64,000 nt of DNA from Mytilus trossulus (Eukaryota), in assembly GCF_036588685.1 (NCBI RefSeq), contig NC_086380.1, forward strand, positions 15,562,001 to 15,626,000, in the 5' to 3' direction. Both the position numbers and the translations under genes were made by a program. Under the pieces are notes generated by a model that was not told where the DNA came from, made no database searches, and saw nothing but the letters and a program-made list of their open reading frames with translations. Of the stretch, positions 48,620 through 61,890 are shown piece by piece (position 1 is the stretch's first letter; each line of letters opens with the position of its first letter).

Positions 48620-49009
48620 CAGTGATATTGTTGGCTTTTTACAAAAGTACCTCTTTCATTTTTTATTGGGAAAATATGCGTCATTTTCTTCAAATTGGGA
48701 AATTTAACATAAATCATGAATTTGACTGAAACTTCAATTTACAGACCCATTTTCAAGAGTCAAACCCTGCTTTAAAATAAGACCCCATTTTGTCAGTAAT
48801 GATACATAAATAGACCCTCAACTGTGCACATACAGTCATTTTATAGGCAAGAAAATTCTTTAAATGCATAATTACTACTGTGACTGCACTATTTGGGGAA
48901 AAACTTGTCTTTTGGGGAATGATTTTAAGCCATTTTTCTTCAAATTGGAATTCTTCTCCAGGAGAAAAAGCCTTTATTCTCCACTAATTTAAGGCAAACA
49001 ATATCACTG
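48620..49009. mobile_element. MITE with CAGTGATATTGTT TIR and 5-bp TSD (GACGA)
   Basis: GACGA|CAGTGATATTGTTGGCTT...AAGGCAAACAATATCACTG|GACGA. Second copy at 59051-59707. Confidence 0.85.
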
Positions 49010-49330
49010 GACGATGACAAACTCTTTAAGTCAGAGGAAACGCATGCATACGTACGGATATAATGGTTTTAAGGAACTAAATATATTATATCTATTGTTA
49101 ACTATGCAATGAGTTTATGTCTATTTCACAGATGACTCCAATCTACGATTGAAATTTGTGTTTTTTTTATGTGGTACGAAATAAGAAATCGTGATATTTT
49201 TTCCTATGAAAAGAAACATATAAATTCGATTTACCGTATTCTTTAAATGAAAGTCATTTATGAGTATATAAGAAACATCTGCAAGATGTCGAAACCCCAT
49301 TTCCATTCATCGGAATATGAACTCAGATTC

Positions 49331-50430
49331 TTTTTTAGCTCACCTGGCCCGAAGGGCCAAGTGAGCTTTTCCCATCACTTTGCGTCCGGCGTCCGTCGTC
49401 GTCCGTCGTCCGGCGTCCGTCGTCCGTCGTCGTTAACTTTTACAAAAATCTTCTCCTCTGAAACTACTGGGCCAAATTGAACCAAACTTGGCCACAATCA
49501 TCATTGGGGTATCTTGTTTAAAAAATGTGTGGCGTGACCCGGTCAACCAACCAAGATGGCCGCCACGGCTAAAAATAGAACATAGGGGTAAAATGCAGTT
49601 TTTGGCTTATAACTCAAAAACCAAAGCATTTAGAGGAAATCTGACATGGGGTAAAAATGTTTATCAGGTCAAGATCTATCTGCCCTGAAATTTTCAGATG
49701 AATCAGACAATCCGTTGTTGGGTTGCTGCCCCTGAATTTGTAATTTTGAGGAAATTTTGCTGTTTTTTGGTTATTATCTTGAATATTATTATAGATAGAG
49801 ATAAACTGTAAACAGCAATTATGTTCAGCAAAGTAAGATTTACAAATAAGTCAACATGACCGAAATGGTCAGTTGACCCCGTTAGGAGTTATTGCCCTTT
49901 AAAGTCAATTTTTAACCATTTTTCGTAAATCTTAGTTATCTTTTACAAAAATCTTCTCCTCTGAAACTACTTGGCCAAATTAATCCAATCTTGGCCACAA
50001 TCATCTTTGTGGTATCTAGTTTAAAAAATGTGTGGCATGACCCGGTCAACCAACCAAGATGGCCGCCACGGCTAAAAATAGAACATAGGGGTAAAATGCA
50101 GTCTTTGGCTTATAACTCAAAAAACAAAGCAATTAGAGCAAATCTGAAAATGGTCAATTGACCCACTAAGGAGTAATTGTCCTTTATAGTCAATTTTTAA
50201 CAATTTTCATAAAATTTGTAAATTTTTATTAACATTTTCCACTGAAACTACTGGGCCAAGTTCATTATAGATAGAAATAATTGTAAGCAGCAAGACTGTT
50301 TAGTAAAGTAAGATTTACAAACACATCACCATCACCAAAACACAATTTTGTCATGAATCCATCTGCTTCCTTTGTTTAATATTCACATAGACCAAGGTGA
50401 GCGACACAGGCTCTTTAGAGCCTCTAGTTT
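49331..50430 (-). mobile_element. Full-length HINE/DINE-1-like element (same family as 36617-37900, opposite strand)
   Basis: TTTTTAGCTCACCTGGCCCGAAGGGCCAAGTGAGC, (CGTC)n, tandem core, GGTGAGCGACACAGGCTCTTTAGAGCCTCTAGTT; inserted in a T run. Confidence 0.85.
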
Positions 50431-50568
50431 TTCTTTTTTTTTTGCAATCCTTTAAATCTTAGCATTTGGTCGGGTCTGGTTTGAGATATGTCTTGTGTCT
50501 CAGGTCAAAATTTTTAAAAAAATGTGCCAGCCAGGCAGTCAGGCAGGCTAAAACAAACTATTAGAATA

Positions 50569-51162
50569 TAGAGTGGGGTGCTCATTTTCGCCATATCTTT
50601 CCATGTTTTCTACAGTTTATGTTCAGGTCTATATGTTTTTGAAGTGTACTGATATTTCAATAGGAAGATAACTTCAAATGCTAAACACCCCTAAGCTTGA
50701 AAACATGTTTGTTTGAAAATCATCATCTGTAAAGTTAGATTAAAGGGTGTTTGAAATTTCATGAAGTTTCGTCAATGGGGGACACATATTCGCCGTTTTT
50801 ACACGTCTATTTAAAACCAAATAACTGCAGCTTTATATAATATTTATCATATAAATTTCACTATAGATGAACAGCAGACATTTCAAATGTGTAAAAAACA
50901 GAAATTTAGGCCAGATACAAAGAAAAAAATCTTTGAAAATCCTGTTTTTTATTCAGGAAATTGACCGAAAATCGTTGTCCTTTTTCGATCTTTTGCAGTA
51001 AGTGCCATTATTTTGTTTAAGTTGAAAAAATAATCATATTTGTTATGAAATTATAATTTATCGTCATATTTCTTCCATTTTAACCATCCTTTGAAGTGTT
51101 TACACCTCAAAATCATAAAACGACGAAATTGTGTCCAAGGCGAATATGGGCCCCCCACTCTA
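50569..51162. mobile_element. MITE with TAGAGTGGGG TIRs
   Basis: TAGAGTGGGGTGCTCATTTTCGCC...GGCGAATATGGGCCCCCCACTCTA. Confidence 0.75.
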
Positions 51163-51547
51163 CGCGCATACACTACAGCTTGGTGCATAGTTTTATCTAA
51201 AATTATTCTTACTCAAGATTTCATCTTGAAAATACATATATAATGTCGGCATCATGATACATTTTACAAATCTAAAATCTCACTCCATTGAAGACCCATT
51301 AGTGGCCTTTAGTCGTTGTCTGCTCTATGGTCGGGTTGTTGTCGCTTTGACACCTTCCCCATTTCCAATCTCAATTGTTTGTAATGTGTGCGACGATATA
51401 TAGCTGTATTATAATGCAATTATGCATAAATATAAAAAAAAAAAAATAGAAGATGTGGTATGATTGCCAATGAGACAACTCTCCACAAGAGACACCTATA
51501 AAAGGCCCCGGAATGACCGTGTAAAACAATTCAAACGAGAAAAATAA

Positions 51548-51739
<192 letters not shown>

Positions 51740-52511
51740 TGATCCAAAAAAATTAGTTTGTAATAAATATATAAATCATAAGTAACAAATGCTAACCTTA
51801 TTAGAAAAGGACATAGGAATATTTGTATTACTGCTTTTGGGTTGATGACGCTTATGGTGGTTCAACGAGGCTCCAACTCTCTAGTACAGCCAGTTCTTCT
51901 GTACTGAACTAACTGATATTCCACTGAAAAAAAGTTGCTACAAATTCAGACAAAACTTAATATTTTGATAATTTGGTAGGACTTTTGTTGGGAGCCGTAT
52001 TGCAGATGCGGTTTGATTAGTACTGTAAATTATTGTTGCATGAAAGCAACAAATCATGCACACTTCTGTTGAACTGTTACAAGAGCTCATCGATTTGTAG
52101 GGGTAAGTCGATGTACTCTATAATATGTTTGCGTCTTTTTAATCACGTTGACATGATTGTATATTTACATACCCGACAGCATTATACCATTAAACACCAT
52201 AAATAAAGGCAACATAGTTCCATATTGAAATAATTACTGGACGAAACTAGCTTTTCAATTGTTTCAGTTCTTATACACAATTGGCTTTCAAATATTCGGC
52301 AATGAGAATGCCTACATGATTATGGTCAATCCAGAAAATCTATTCAGACACATGAAATTTTACAGTCTCGTTTTCGGTATATAACTTGCAACTATTTTTA
52401 GATAACTAACAAATTAAATGAAGTAGTCGGGGGGGGGGGGGAAAGCGTCTCTTGTGTGTTTTTATTATATCATTATTTTTTGTGAAAGAAAATCGTGACT
52501 TTTACTTGTAG

Positions 52512-52745
52512 GCTTTAAAAGAAGCAGCTGTTGTTTTAAAATCGAAGTTTGAAAATACATTGATAGAGGCCAGTGGAGGGATAACTGAAGAGACATTATC
52601 CCAATATTTATTACCGGAAGTAGACGTAGTTTCGTTAAGTCGCCTCACACAAGGATATGATACTGTGGACTTTTCATTGAAAATTCAGAAAGATGGAATA
52701 GACCCTACCAACAAACCAGTTGAACAAATACTGAATAAAACATAG
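52512..52745 (+). CDS. QPRT: QPRT coding exon 3; spliced product 314 aa
   Basis: TTGTAG|GCT..; ALKEAAVVLKSKFENTLIEASGGIT..VDVVSLSRLTQG..VDFSLKI..stop. Confidence 0.95.
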   Translation, partial: ALKEAAVVLKSKFENTLIEASGGITEETLSQYLLPEVDVVSLSRLTQGYDTVDFSLKIQKDGIDPTNKPVEQILNKT

Positions 52746-55700
52746 TTCATTTAAAGTTCGAAGTTCTTTATCCTCTATTTTATATTCGGTTCAAAGTTCT
52801 TCATTCTCTCTTTTGTTTAAATTTCGGTGTTCATTATTCACTATTTTGTTTAAAGTTCGAAATACTTTATCCTCATGGTACCGTAGAGCATGTATATGTT
52901 GGCTTAAAGTAATAATAGGTTAAACATATGTACCGGCGATGACATATAGTAGATATCAAATGTAGCAATCGGGAATTATAATTTCCAACACGAAGATCAT
53001 AGATATAAGAAGATGTGGTATGATTGCCAATGCGACAACTCTCTATCAAAGTCAAATTTTATAAAAGTAAACCATTATAGGTCAAGGTACGATCTTCAGC
53101 ATGGAGCTTTGGATCACACCGAACAGCAAGCGTTAAAGGGCCCCATAAATGACTAGTGGAAAACCATTCATACAGGAAACCCAAGGTCTTATATATACGA
53201 AAAACGAGAAACACTTATGAACCATATCAACAAACGTCAACCACTACAGCTTTTTGTATTGTATTTGATACTTGCAAAATACGTAAATCGTCGCTTTTAC
53301 TGTCCAAAATTAAAGTGAAATTACAAAATGTATAAGCACGCGTAGATTTTGTAGCAAAAGCGAAATTTCTATTTTTGTTAATGACCATGATTCATTTTTA
53401 GATGAACTAGTAAAAGTCAAAGTCTGAGTGCGGAAATATGAGGATAGATAGATAAAAACGACAAGATCTAAGAAATAAGACTATATTGACCTTTTTGCAG
53501 TTTTACACCTAATTCCAGACGTTTATAGCCTTAATACAAACATGTGAGACAAAATACAAAACTATGAAGACGTTTACCTGTCAGACTCGTGTTTTATTGG
53601 CACCTGAAGGATTTTGTTCGGTAGATTTATAATACTGCTTGATTTTCTAATTCAATGGGTCAACCCTGTGACGTAATCATACCTTATTCTTGTTATGTTT
53701 AAAATGAAATCTTGAATGTATAAATTAAGAAAAGGGTTAAAAACGAGACAATCAACCTCAATTTGCAATAAGATTTTCTTACGGTCATTTATTAAGATTT
53801 TGTAAGTTTCATTTTTAGTTTGAATGAGGCGTAAAACTGTTGACAGTAGACAATATAACACGAGGCGAAAGATCTCTTGGTATCAATTTTGGAATACTTT
53901 TGCCAATCAAAATTTATATGGAATCTTATGAATTTGCTTATAATTAATGTATTTAGTTTTAGATTCATATTTTTGTAAATGGATGCTATTGTCTTTGAAC
54001 TAGCTGTTAATAACTGCGAGAACTCAGATCTGTTCTTAGTAGCTTTTTGTTGTTGGGATGTACTAATTCCCGGACACGTCTAATCTGTCTTTGTTAATTG
54101 TTTTTCATTTTATTTCCATACATGAGTTGGACCATTTTCAACTGATTTCTATAGTTTGCCGGTTCGTATATTGTAGTGTTACATCACTGTCTCAGGATAA
54201 ATGGGCGTCGTCTTACATGTTTAACCCCTTTACATAGTGTATATGCCTGTCCCAAGTCAGGAGGCTATAAGCTTGTACTTCAGTGGTTGTTTTGCTGTGT
54301 TCATACTTATTTTTCGTTCATTAGTTCGTACATAAATTACGCCGTTAGTTTTCTCGTTTGAATTGTTTTACAATTGTCAATTCGGGGCATTTTAAAGGTG
54401 ACTGTGCAATATTGGCTTTATTCGTTGTTGAAGGCCGTATGGTGTCATATAGTTGTTAATTGCTGTGTCATTTTGTTCCTTATGAAGAGTTGTCTCAGTG
54501 AAAATCATACCCATTCTTTGGTGGTTTTTTTTTTAAATATGTATCATTTTTTTTAGTTTTTTTCGCTCGATTTTTTTTATATAAAAATTTCTACACTTGT
54601 GTTATAAGACGTATATGTATTAATCTACCAAAATCATTTATTTGTATTTTTATATAATTTTCGCTATAACATGGGACAGCCAACATTGGTATTACACAAT
54701 TAATCCAATCAACATAGATATGTATTAAACCCAATCACATCGGTTATGCAATAAAAGAATAATGTAAATGTGAGGATCTATAATTCATTTGTGTATTATT
54801 TTTTATGAGCCATTTCTCACAACTTGGCTTCCATCGTCCGTCGTCATGGAAAATTAAAAAAACATTCTTCCCCTTTTAGAGAGATCTACTATATATATAA
54901 GTGTCGTCTATATTCTTCAAATCTGTCAGACGACTTCTTGTGTTGTGTTCTTTAGTGAGTATTTATACCCAGTTATATATAATATTGACACATTTAACCA
55001 TGTTTTCATTGTTGCCTATTTTTTTAAAACTATAACAGATATATAAAGAAACCTTAAATAATAAAAATGAAAAGCAAGACAGGATGTACAAATAAGTGTA
55101 ATATTAGCCAAAATCGGATTATGTAGATACTAGTATAGAAAGATGTGGTATGAGTGCCAATGAGACAACTCTCCATCCAAGTCACAACTTATAAAAGTAA
55201 ACCATTATAGGTCAAGGTACGGCCTTCAACACGGAGCCTTGGCCCACATCGAACAGTAAATAAGCTATAAAAGACCCCAAAAAAGTACTAGTGTAAACCC
55301 ATTTAAACAGAAAACCAACCATCAAATCTACTAGTATATAAAAAACGAGAAACACTTTTGAACAACATAAACAAACAGCAACTACTGAAATCAGATTCCT
55401 GGCTTAGGACAGGTACAAACAATTACAGCGGGATAAATAGTTTTAATGATACCAAACCGGCTTCCTTATCTGAAACAATAGTGTAGGACTCCTTAGAGGA
55501 GCTATTTCGTTCATGACGATTTATACAAATTATTTGCATTGTGACCTAATATCTGATAAAAAAAAACTATTTTAGAGAAACTTAATTAAAAATTCAAATA
55601 AGCTAAAAAGATCAGCAATACAAGAGAAAACGAATAAGTAAAACGGCAAAAGTCGTCAGTAAAGTGAATTCTCACCAAAGAGCATTCACTTTAAAATGAC

Positions 55701-57226
55701 GTCGTGAAAAAAAATCCGGGAAATCGTGACGACGTCGTGAAAATGCAGAAATTCACGAAAATTCGTGTGCTTCATGACGTTACAATGAATATTGGGAATG
55801 GTGAAGGACTTAATTGACTATTAAACCTTAATAGTCACTTAAAAGTCTATTAGTTAATAGAGGCCTTTATAGTGATTCGTGCAATGCTATTAACTCACTC
55901 TATTAACTAATAGTCAATTAGATATTTAATAGTCTATTAGGAGTTAAACGATCATTTTGAAACTTCTACTATGATATTCAATTAAAATGTATAGAAAATG
56001 CATAATTTTGTTGTTCTGTTTATAATTACTTTTTGTAATTACTTTTCTTTTCAACTTATATTCTTTATTTTAAAACTTAATCCTTATTTTTAAACAATAT
56101 TCAATACATTTTAATCATCATTCATCCTTAATTGTTTTGCCCAAATTTGTGGCTGTGCTGCACGTTCATATGGGTTTTAAAAAATGTCAGGTTCTTGTAT
56201 GAACTAGGAATATAATGAACTTGTTTGTTACCTCGTCAGTGACTATATCTTATCTTAATATATGTCTTCTAGGACGAAAAAAGGGGGGGAATGGCACAAT
56301 CAAAAGCTCGAACACATCAAACGAATAAAAATTAACTGTCATACTACTGACTTGGTACAGGCATTTCCTTATGTAGAAAATCGTCGATTAAACCTGGTTT
56401 TATAGCAGGCAAAAATATCTTACTTGTCAGCATGACAGTTGCATACAATTCCATTATATTGGCTATTATAGTCAAACGTACGACCTTCAACAATGAGAAT
56501 GAACCATACCCTATGGTTGGCTATATTAATTCCTGGTTGAACAATTATAACGTCACCAATTGACACCGTAGTTGTACTTCTTGAATAACCTTCATCAGAT
56601 AACTGTGCGATCGGATCGACAATTAAAACAACAAAAATAAATATAAATTGAGAGCATAAAAAACACGACTCTATTTAACTTTTACAGTTTAAAACGTTAA
56701 ACTTTGCCTGAGGGAGTTACATCTGCAATTACATAATGTTATTGTCTGATGTTATCGCTTGAATTGGTGTTATAGACATTCTCATTTGGAATGTTATGTC
56801 AGGAATTCTGTTAAATTCTTGTAGTAATTCTATTAAACTTTTTTAGACATCATTTCGTTCTGATATTCCCAAAAGAAGACAAAACGCGTCAGATGGAAAC
56901 AAAACTATTGACAGTCATCATTGATGATGATGATGGATGGTGGAACGAGAGTGTGATAAAAAATGACTATTTTTGTTTTTCTCGAACCATTCTTATTAGA
57001 GTATAATGTATTTTGTCATGAACATTGTTGAAAGAAGATACGTACCATGTAGTTATATATTTGTACGCAATCAATAAGTAAGGATGAAGGGTTTGACGTT
57101 AATCAAAAGCGACCTCTAGTAATATCTATAATCTCATGTTCGTATTGGTTTGTTAAATAAGACTAGCGCTCCTCGATTACGATAGTGGTTGCTTCAATTT
57201 GTTTCGGTCAGAAAGACTTTGCGGTC

Positions 57227-59056
57227 ATGATGACTTTGATAGACTTAAAAACTAATGTTTTTATTTTATTTGTTTTATTTGGAAATTATTTAATAGTGTG
57301 TGCTCAGCAAATTGAATGTGATATAAAAAATGTCAGCAATGTTGTTACGGCGTCCAGTATGTTACATGCAAACCTTTTAGACAGTGTTGGTATTTCATTT
57401 GTTTTATACATATACAACAAACACAACGATAGTTGGAAATTGACAGATATCTGGAATATAGACTTTAGTGATTCAAATTGTTCCAGAAGTTTCCATTCTA
57501 TTCAAGACTCGAATGGTTTGTTAAATACGCTTCAACAGAGTAAGTGTCAAAATAGTACTATGATCAGAAATGCATTTTGTTTCTCTTCGGACTCCAATGA
57601 CGTCCAGTTTATCGATGCAAAATTTCCATATTTCTCAGGAATAAATGTTAGTTTTAGCGATAAAAATTGTACAAATTCGTTCAAGAATTTTATAGAACTA
57701 AATCGTCAGACGATACCGAAAAGAAACATGGCTGATTTTCTGACGGACATGAACAGCTGTATGCGTCATATAAAATTTCTGGACCAGTATGTTTATTCTT
57801 ACGAGCAGCAAGATGGAAAGGGTCTCTTAGAAATTGGAAATGAAATAACTGAAGATAATCAGATTCTGTTTGAGTTTCACAGCACACAATGTATGTTGAA
57901 TTTTTTGGAGTTCGTTCATTCTCATGGATATTTAGTAACAGGAATAAGAGAGAAATATTTAATAAGCCTAAGAATGATGAATGATTTCACTGAAAAACAT
58001 GGATGTTTAGAAGTGCGATTGCCTTGCTATGGTACACCACATAAACTTATAAAATTTGGGATACCGCGCAAAAGTATAAGTTACATTTCTATAGCGCTAA
58101 CCATAATAGTTATAACAGTGAATGCATTTGTGGTCATCGCATTTCTACAGAAAAAGCACAGGTCACCGTTAACAGTTCTATTGTCCGCTCTGGCTATTTC
58201 CGACACATTTACAGCTTTGATGCTTACGTCACCAGATTTTATAGCGCGCATGTTTGATTTCAACCACATAGTTTATTTTGGGGAAATATATTGGCACTGG
58301 TACATTTTGGATTATTGCAAATTTCTGGCAGTGCATACAGTTGAAAGTTTGGCATTCACGTTCCACATTGTGTCTGTTTTAATCACAACTTTGTTGTGCT
58401 TACTAAAGTCCATTTCACTACAATTCCCGTTGTGGACGAAAACGCACGTGAACAACAAACTGTGTTTTGCTTTGTCGGTGGGATTTTCTATTTACTCACT
58501 TTTGTTAAATGCGCCTTTGATTGCGAGCAATTTTTATATAACTTACAATATAAACGGTGTTCCTTGCTTAGATTTGCAGAGTGAAATATATAAAAGTCAT
58601 GAACAGATTGCTAAAACTGTGAATTCAGTTATAGGTATTACATATTTAGTGGCAGTCATTTTGATTATAACAAGTACCGTATATTTATCATGGAAGTTAA
58701 TATATCACAGTAAAAATATATCGTGCACTGAAAGCCAATTATCTCAGAAGAAACAACACCGGTCTGCTGTCATAGTTGTGATTGTCTGTGTTATTTTTAT
58801 ATTATCTGAATTTATTTCAATACTCGAGACGATTGCATATATAACAACATTGACAAACTTTTACAACACTAGAGAAGTTCTATTTCAAGTTGTAGACATA
58901 AGCTGGATATTCGGATTTGCTTTGAATTTTTTCGTATACCTTGTTATGGGTCAATTGTTGAGAAAGAAACTTGTAAATTTTGTTAAAATAATTATCAGAT
59001 TAAAGGGTGGAAAGAATGATAGGATAAAAGGGAGGACACGAATAATCAGACAGTAA
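57227..59056 (+). CDS. Intronless rhodopsin-like (class A) GPCR with signal peptide and ~260-aa Cys-containing ectodomain, 609 aa
   Basis: First ATG at 57227; hydrophobic signal ending IVCA-QQ; seven hydrophobic segments. TM1 N (TVNAF), RSP..VLLSALAISD, TM3 FHIVSVLIT..L..K..SLQFP, TM6 FILSE, TM7 LNFFVYLVM..LR. Confidence 0.88.
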   Translation: MMTLIDLKTNVFILFVLFGNYLIVCAQQIECDIKNVSNVVTASSMLHANLLDSVGISFVLYIYNKHNDSWKLTDIWNIDFSDSNCSRSFHSIQDSNGLLNTLQQSKCQNSTMIRNAFCFSSDSNDVQFIDAKFPYFSGINVSFSDKNCTNSFKNFIELNRQTIPKRNMADFLTDMNSCMRHIKFLDQYVYSYEQQDGKGLLEIGNEITEDNQILFEFHSTQCMLNFLEFVHSHGYLVTGIREKYLISLRMMNDFTEKHGCLEVRLPCYGTPHKLIKFGIPRKSISYISIALTIIVITVNAFVVIAFLQKKHRSPLTVLLSALAISDTFTALMLTSPDFIARMFDFNHIVYFGEIYWHWYILDYCKFLAVHTVESLAFTFHIVSVLITTLLCLLKSISLQFPLWTKTHVNNKLCFALSVGFSIYSLLLNAPLIASNFYITYNINGVPCLDLQSEIYKSHEQIAKTVNSVIGITYLVAVILIITSTVYLSWKLIYHSKNISCTESQLSQKKQHRSAVIVVIVCVIFILSEFISILETIAYITTLTNFYNTREVLFQVVDISWIFGFALNFFVYLVMGQLLRKKLVNFVKIIIRLKGGKNDRIKGRTRIIRQ

Positions 59057-59707
59057 TATTGTTAGCTTTTTTCAAAACTGCCTCTACCCTTTTTTATTGG
59101 GAAATATGTGTCATTTTTTTTCAAATTGGGAAATTTAAAAGGAAAGATAAATTTGACTGGAACTTTAATCTACATACCCCCTTTCAAGAGGTAAACCCTT
59201 ATTTGAAATAAGACCCCTTATTGTCAGTACCAATACACAAATAGACCTTTATAAAAAAAGAAGATGTGGTATGATTGCCAATGAGACAACTATCCACAAA
59301 AGACCAAAATGACACAAACATTAACAATTATAGGTCACCGTACGGCCTTCAACAATGAGCAAAGCCCATACCGCCTATAGTCAGCTATAAACGGCCCCGA
59401 TAAGACAATGTAAAGCAATTCAAGCGAGAAAACTAACGGCCTTATTTATGTAAAACAAATGAATGAAAAACAAATATGTTACACATAAACAAACGACAAA
59501 ATCTGCACATGTAGTCAATTTAGGCATGGAAATGGTTTCAATGATTGTTTTTCAGTTTGTATTCGTGCACAATTACTACTGAGACTGCACTGTTTGGTGA
59601 AAAGTTGTCTTTTGGGGAATAATTTTAGCCATTTTTTTCAAATTGGGATTTTTCTGCAGGGGAAAAATCCTTTATTCTCCAGTAATTTAAGGCAAACAAT
59701 GTCACTT
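59051..59707. mobile_element. MITE (family of 48620-49009) with a nested repeat at ~59250-59500
   Basis: TCAGA|CAGTAATATTGTT...AACAATGTCACTT|TCAGG; body homologous to 48620-49009. Confidence 0.8.
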
Positions 59708-60135
59708 TCAGGGAAAAAGAGGAAAAGAATAGTAAGATAAAAAGGAGAAAAGAATAATAAGATAAAAAGAGGAAAAAGAATCATAAGATATAAAGGGGAA
59801 AAGAATAATCAGATGAAAAGGGGAAAAGAAAATTAGATAAAAGGGGGGGGGGGGAAGAATAATCAGATAAGAAGAGGGAAAAGAATAATCAGATAAAAAG
59901 GGGGGGGGGGAAATAATAAGATAAAAAGGCGAAAAGAATAGTAAGATAAAAAGGGGGAAAAGAATAATCAGATAAAAAGGGGGAAAAGAGTAATCAGATA
60001 AAAAGTGGAATAGAATAATCAGATAAAAAGGGGAAAAAAGAATAATCAGATAAAAAGGGAGAAAAGAATAATCAGATAAAAAGGGGGAAAGAATAATCAG
60101 ATAAGATGGGGAAAAAGAATAATCAGATAAAAAGG
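59708..60135. repeat. Purine-rich ~25-bp minisatellite (AAAAGGGGGAAAAGAATAATCAGAT)n
   Basis: Direct periodicity; degenerate units also at 58985-59050. Confidence 0.9.
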
Positions 60136-61852
60136 TAGACTATATTCATGTTGCAGTGTATATACTGATTGTGAAACACATTGTTGGTTGAAACATTTTT
60201 AACAATAAAATATCATTCTTGTCTGGTTATTATTTTATTAATCCGAATTGATCTGTATGATATATTATCTTAGCATGCTTAGTAAATGATGTCTTTATTT
60301 ATTTTTTTTTTCTTAATTTTTTTTTGTACCATGGCATGAAGATGATAATAGTACATATTTTATTAAATGTATATATATCATAAATATCTATTGAACAAAC
60401 GAAAATTGGCGTCTTAATACATTTATTAAGGCATTACCTGTCAAATTCATGTTCACCAATTTGACTCAAATTCGAATTATTATGAGTGATATAAACATAT
60501 AAAGTAGATAAAAATAGATAGCGAATTCGTGAAACTAGACTTTAATTTCTATGTCTGTTTAATTTCATATAATATATTCAAAATATGTGTTAATCATTTA
60601 ACCCGTAAAGTAATGTGTTTTTGGAATCGAATCAGTCAATCAAATGATTCGCATTTGTTTCATGTTCATTTTGATATTCTTTTTCTTTAAATAACCGAAC
60701 ACATAATTCATGCGTAATTCAATCTAGATAAGGGGGTAAATTGAAAGCCACGTGAATACGGATTCCATGAGGTCAAGTTATTCACTTGCAAGTGAATAAT
60801 TCATCATTGATGTTTCTTTGTTGATTTTTGACAAAATTTAACCATACCCGTTGCTAAAATCAAATTATTGTTTTATGTTTATTAATGAATGAACAAAAAA
60901 ATCATACATCATTTTTTTTTTGTATATCTTATAGCTTGTACCCCTTTAAATCGTATCCGATCGTAATTAACTCGAAATAGCAAATTCTCCTGTCATGCAT
61001 ATCTGTGGTTTTCTCCGGGTACTGCGATTTCAAAAGATGTCACTTAGTTTTTTTGTATATGATATCATTCAGTCTATACGCTTTTGAAACTGACCCTGTT
61101 TAACCGAACACTTTTCTTTGTAAGAGTTATCTCCCCAAACCCTGTTTTTCTTGTTATCAGATTTCCTCCGCAACCGTCAAAGAAACCGACAAATTTATTT
61201 TTCCAAATTGCTCGTTATATCCTCAGGATGTTACGTTTTATTTTCACCGAAGCTTTACGAAGACTCCATATGAGAGTTATTTCCTCTTATGAAATGAAAT
61301 AAATGAAATAAATTTGTTACTGGAAAACCATTAGTGATAGAGGCCTAGGGTCTTTTGGTTTGAGGTCCTTGGTCCAAAAAAATGAAAATGAGGTCAAGGT
61401 CAAAGGTCAAGGTCATGTTCAAAAATATGATTTTGGCTTGTTATCTCTTTTTTTCAGAAATCCTGTAAGATATCGACAAAATATTTTCACAAAATGTGTG
61501 TTACGACATGGCGTAACACGTACATTTTAGTTAAAAGGGTACGTAAACATTTGATGCGACTTTTCCCCCTTTTATATCTTATATTAGTTGTATGGTAATA
61601 TAACTCATTATCATTATAAAGTAAAGGCTTAGGGTCTTTTGATTTAAGATCCTTGGTCCAAAAAAATGAAAATTAGGTCAAGGTCAAAGGTCAAGGTCAA
61701 ATTCTAAATTTTGATTTTGGCTTATTTTCACTCTTTATCATTAACCTTATAAGATTTCAACAAATTATTTTTACTAAATTGTTAGTTGCGACATGTCATA
61801 TACCCAACTGCGGCCAAGCTTCGCGATAGGTCGTGCGACATAATCAGACAAA

Positions 61853-61890
61853 CCTGAGACTACTATAACACGTGTTATAGTAGTCTCAGG
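61853..61890. mobile_element. Perfect 38-bp palindrome flanked by ACAAA direct repeats (collapsed MITE-like)
   Basis: ACAAA|CCTGAGACTACTATAACAC-GTGTTATAGTAGTCTCAGG|ACAAA. Confidence 0.7.

Noticed and set aside
52290-52350. Possible additional hammerhead remnants (also ~56850-56895 and ~14275-14315)
   Set aside because: Core nucleotides and helices are too decayed to support a call.
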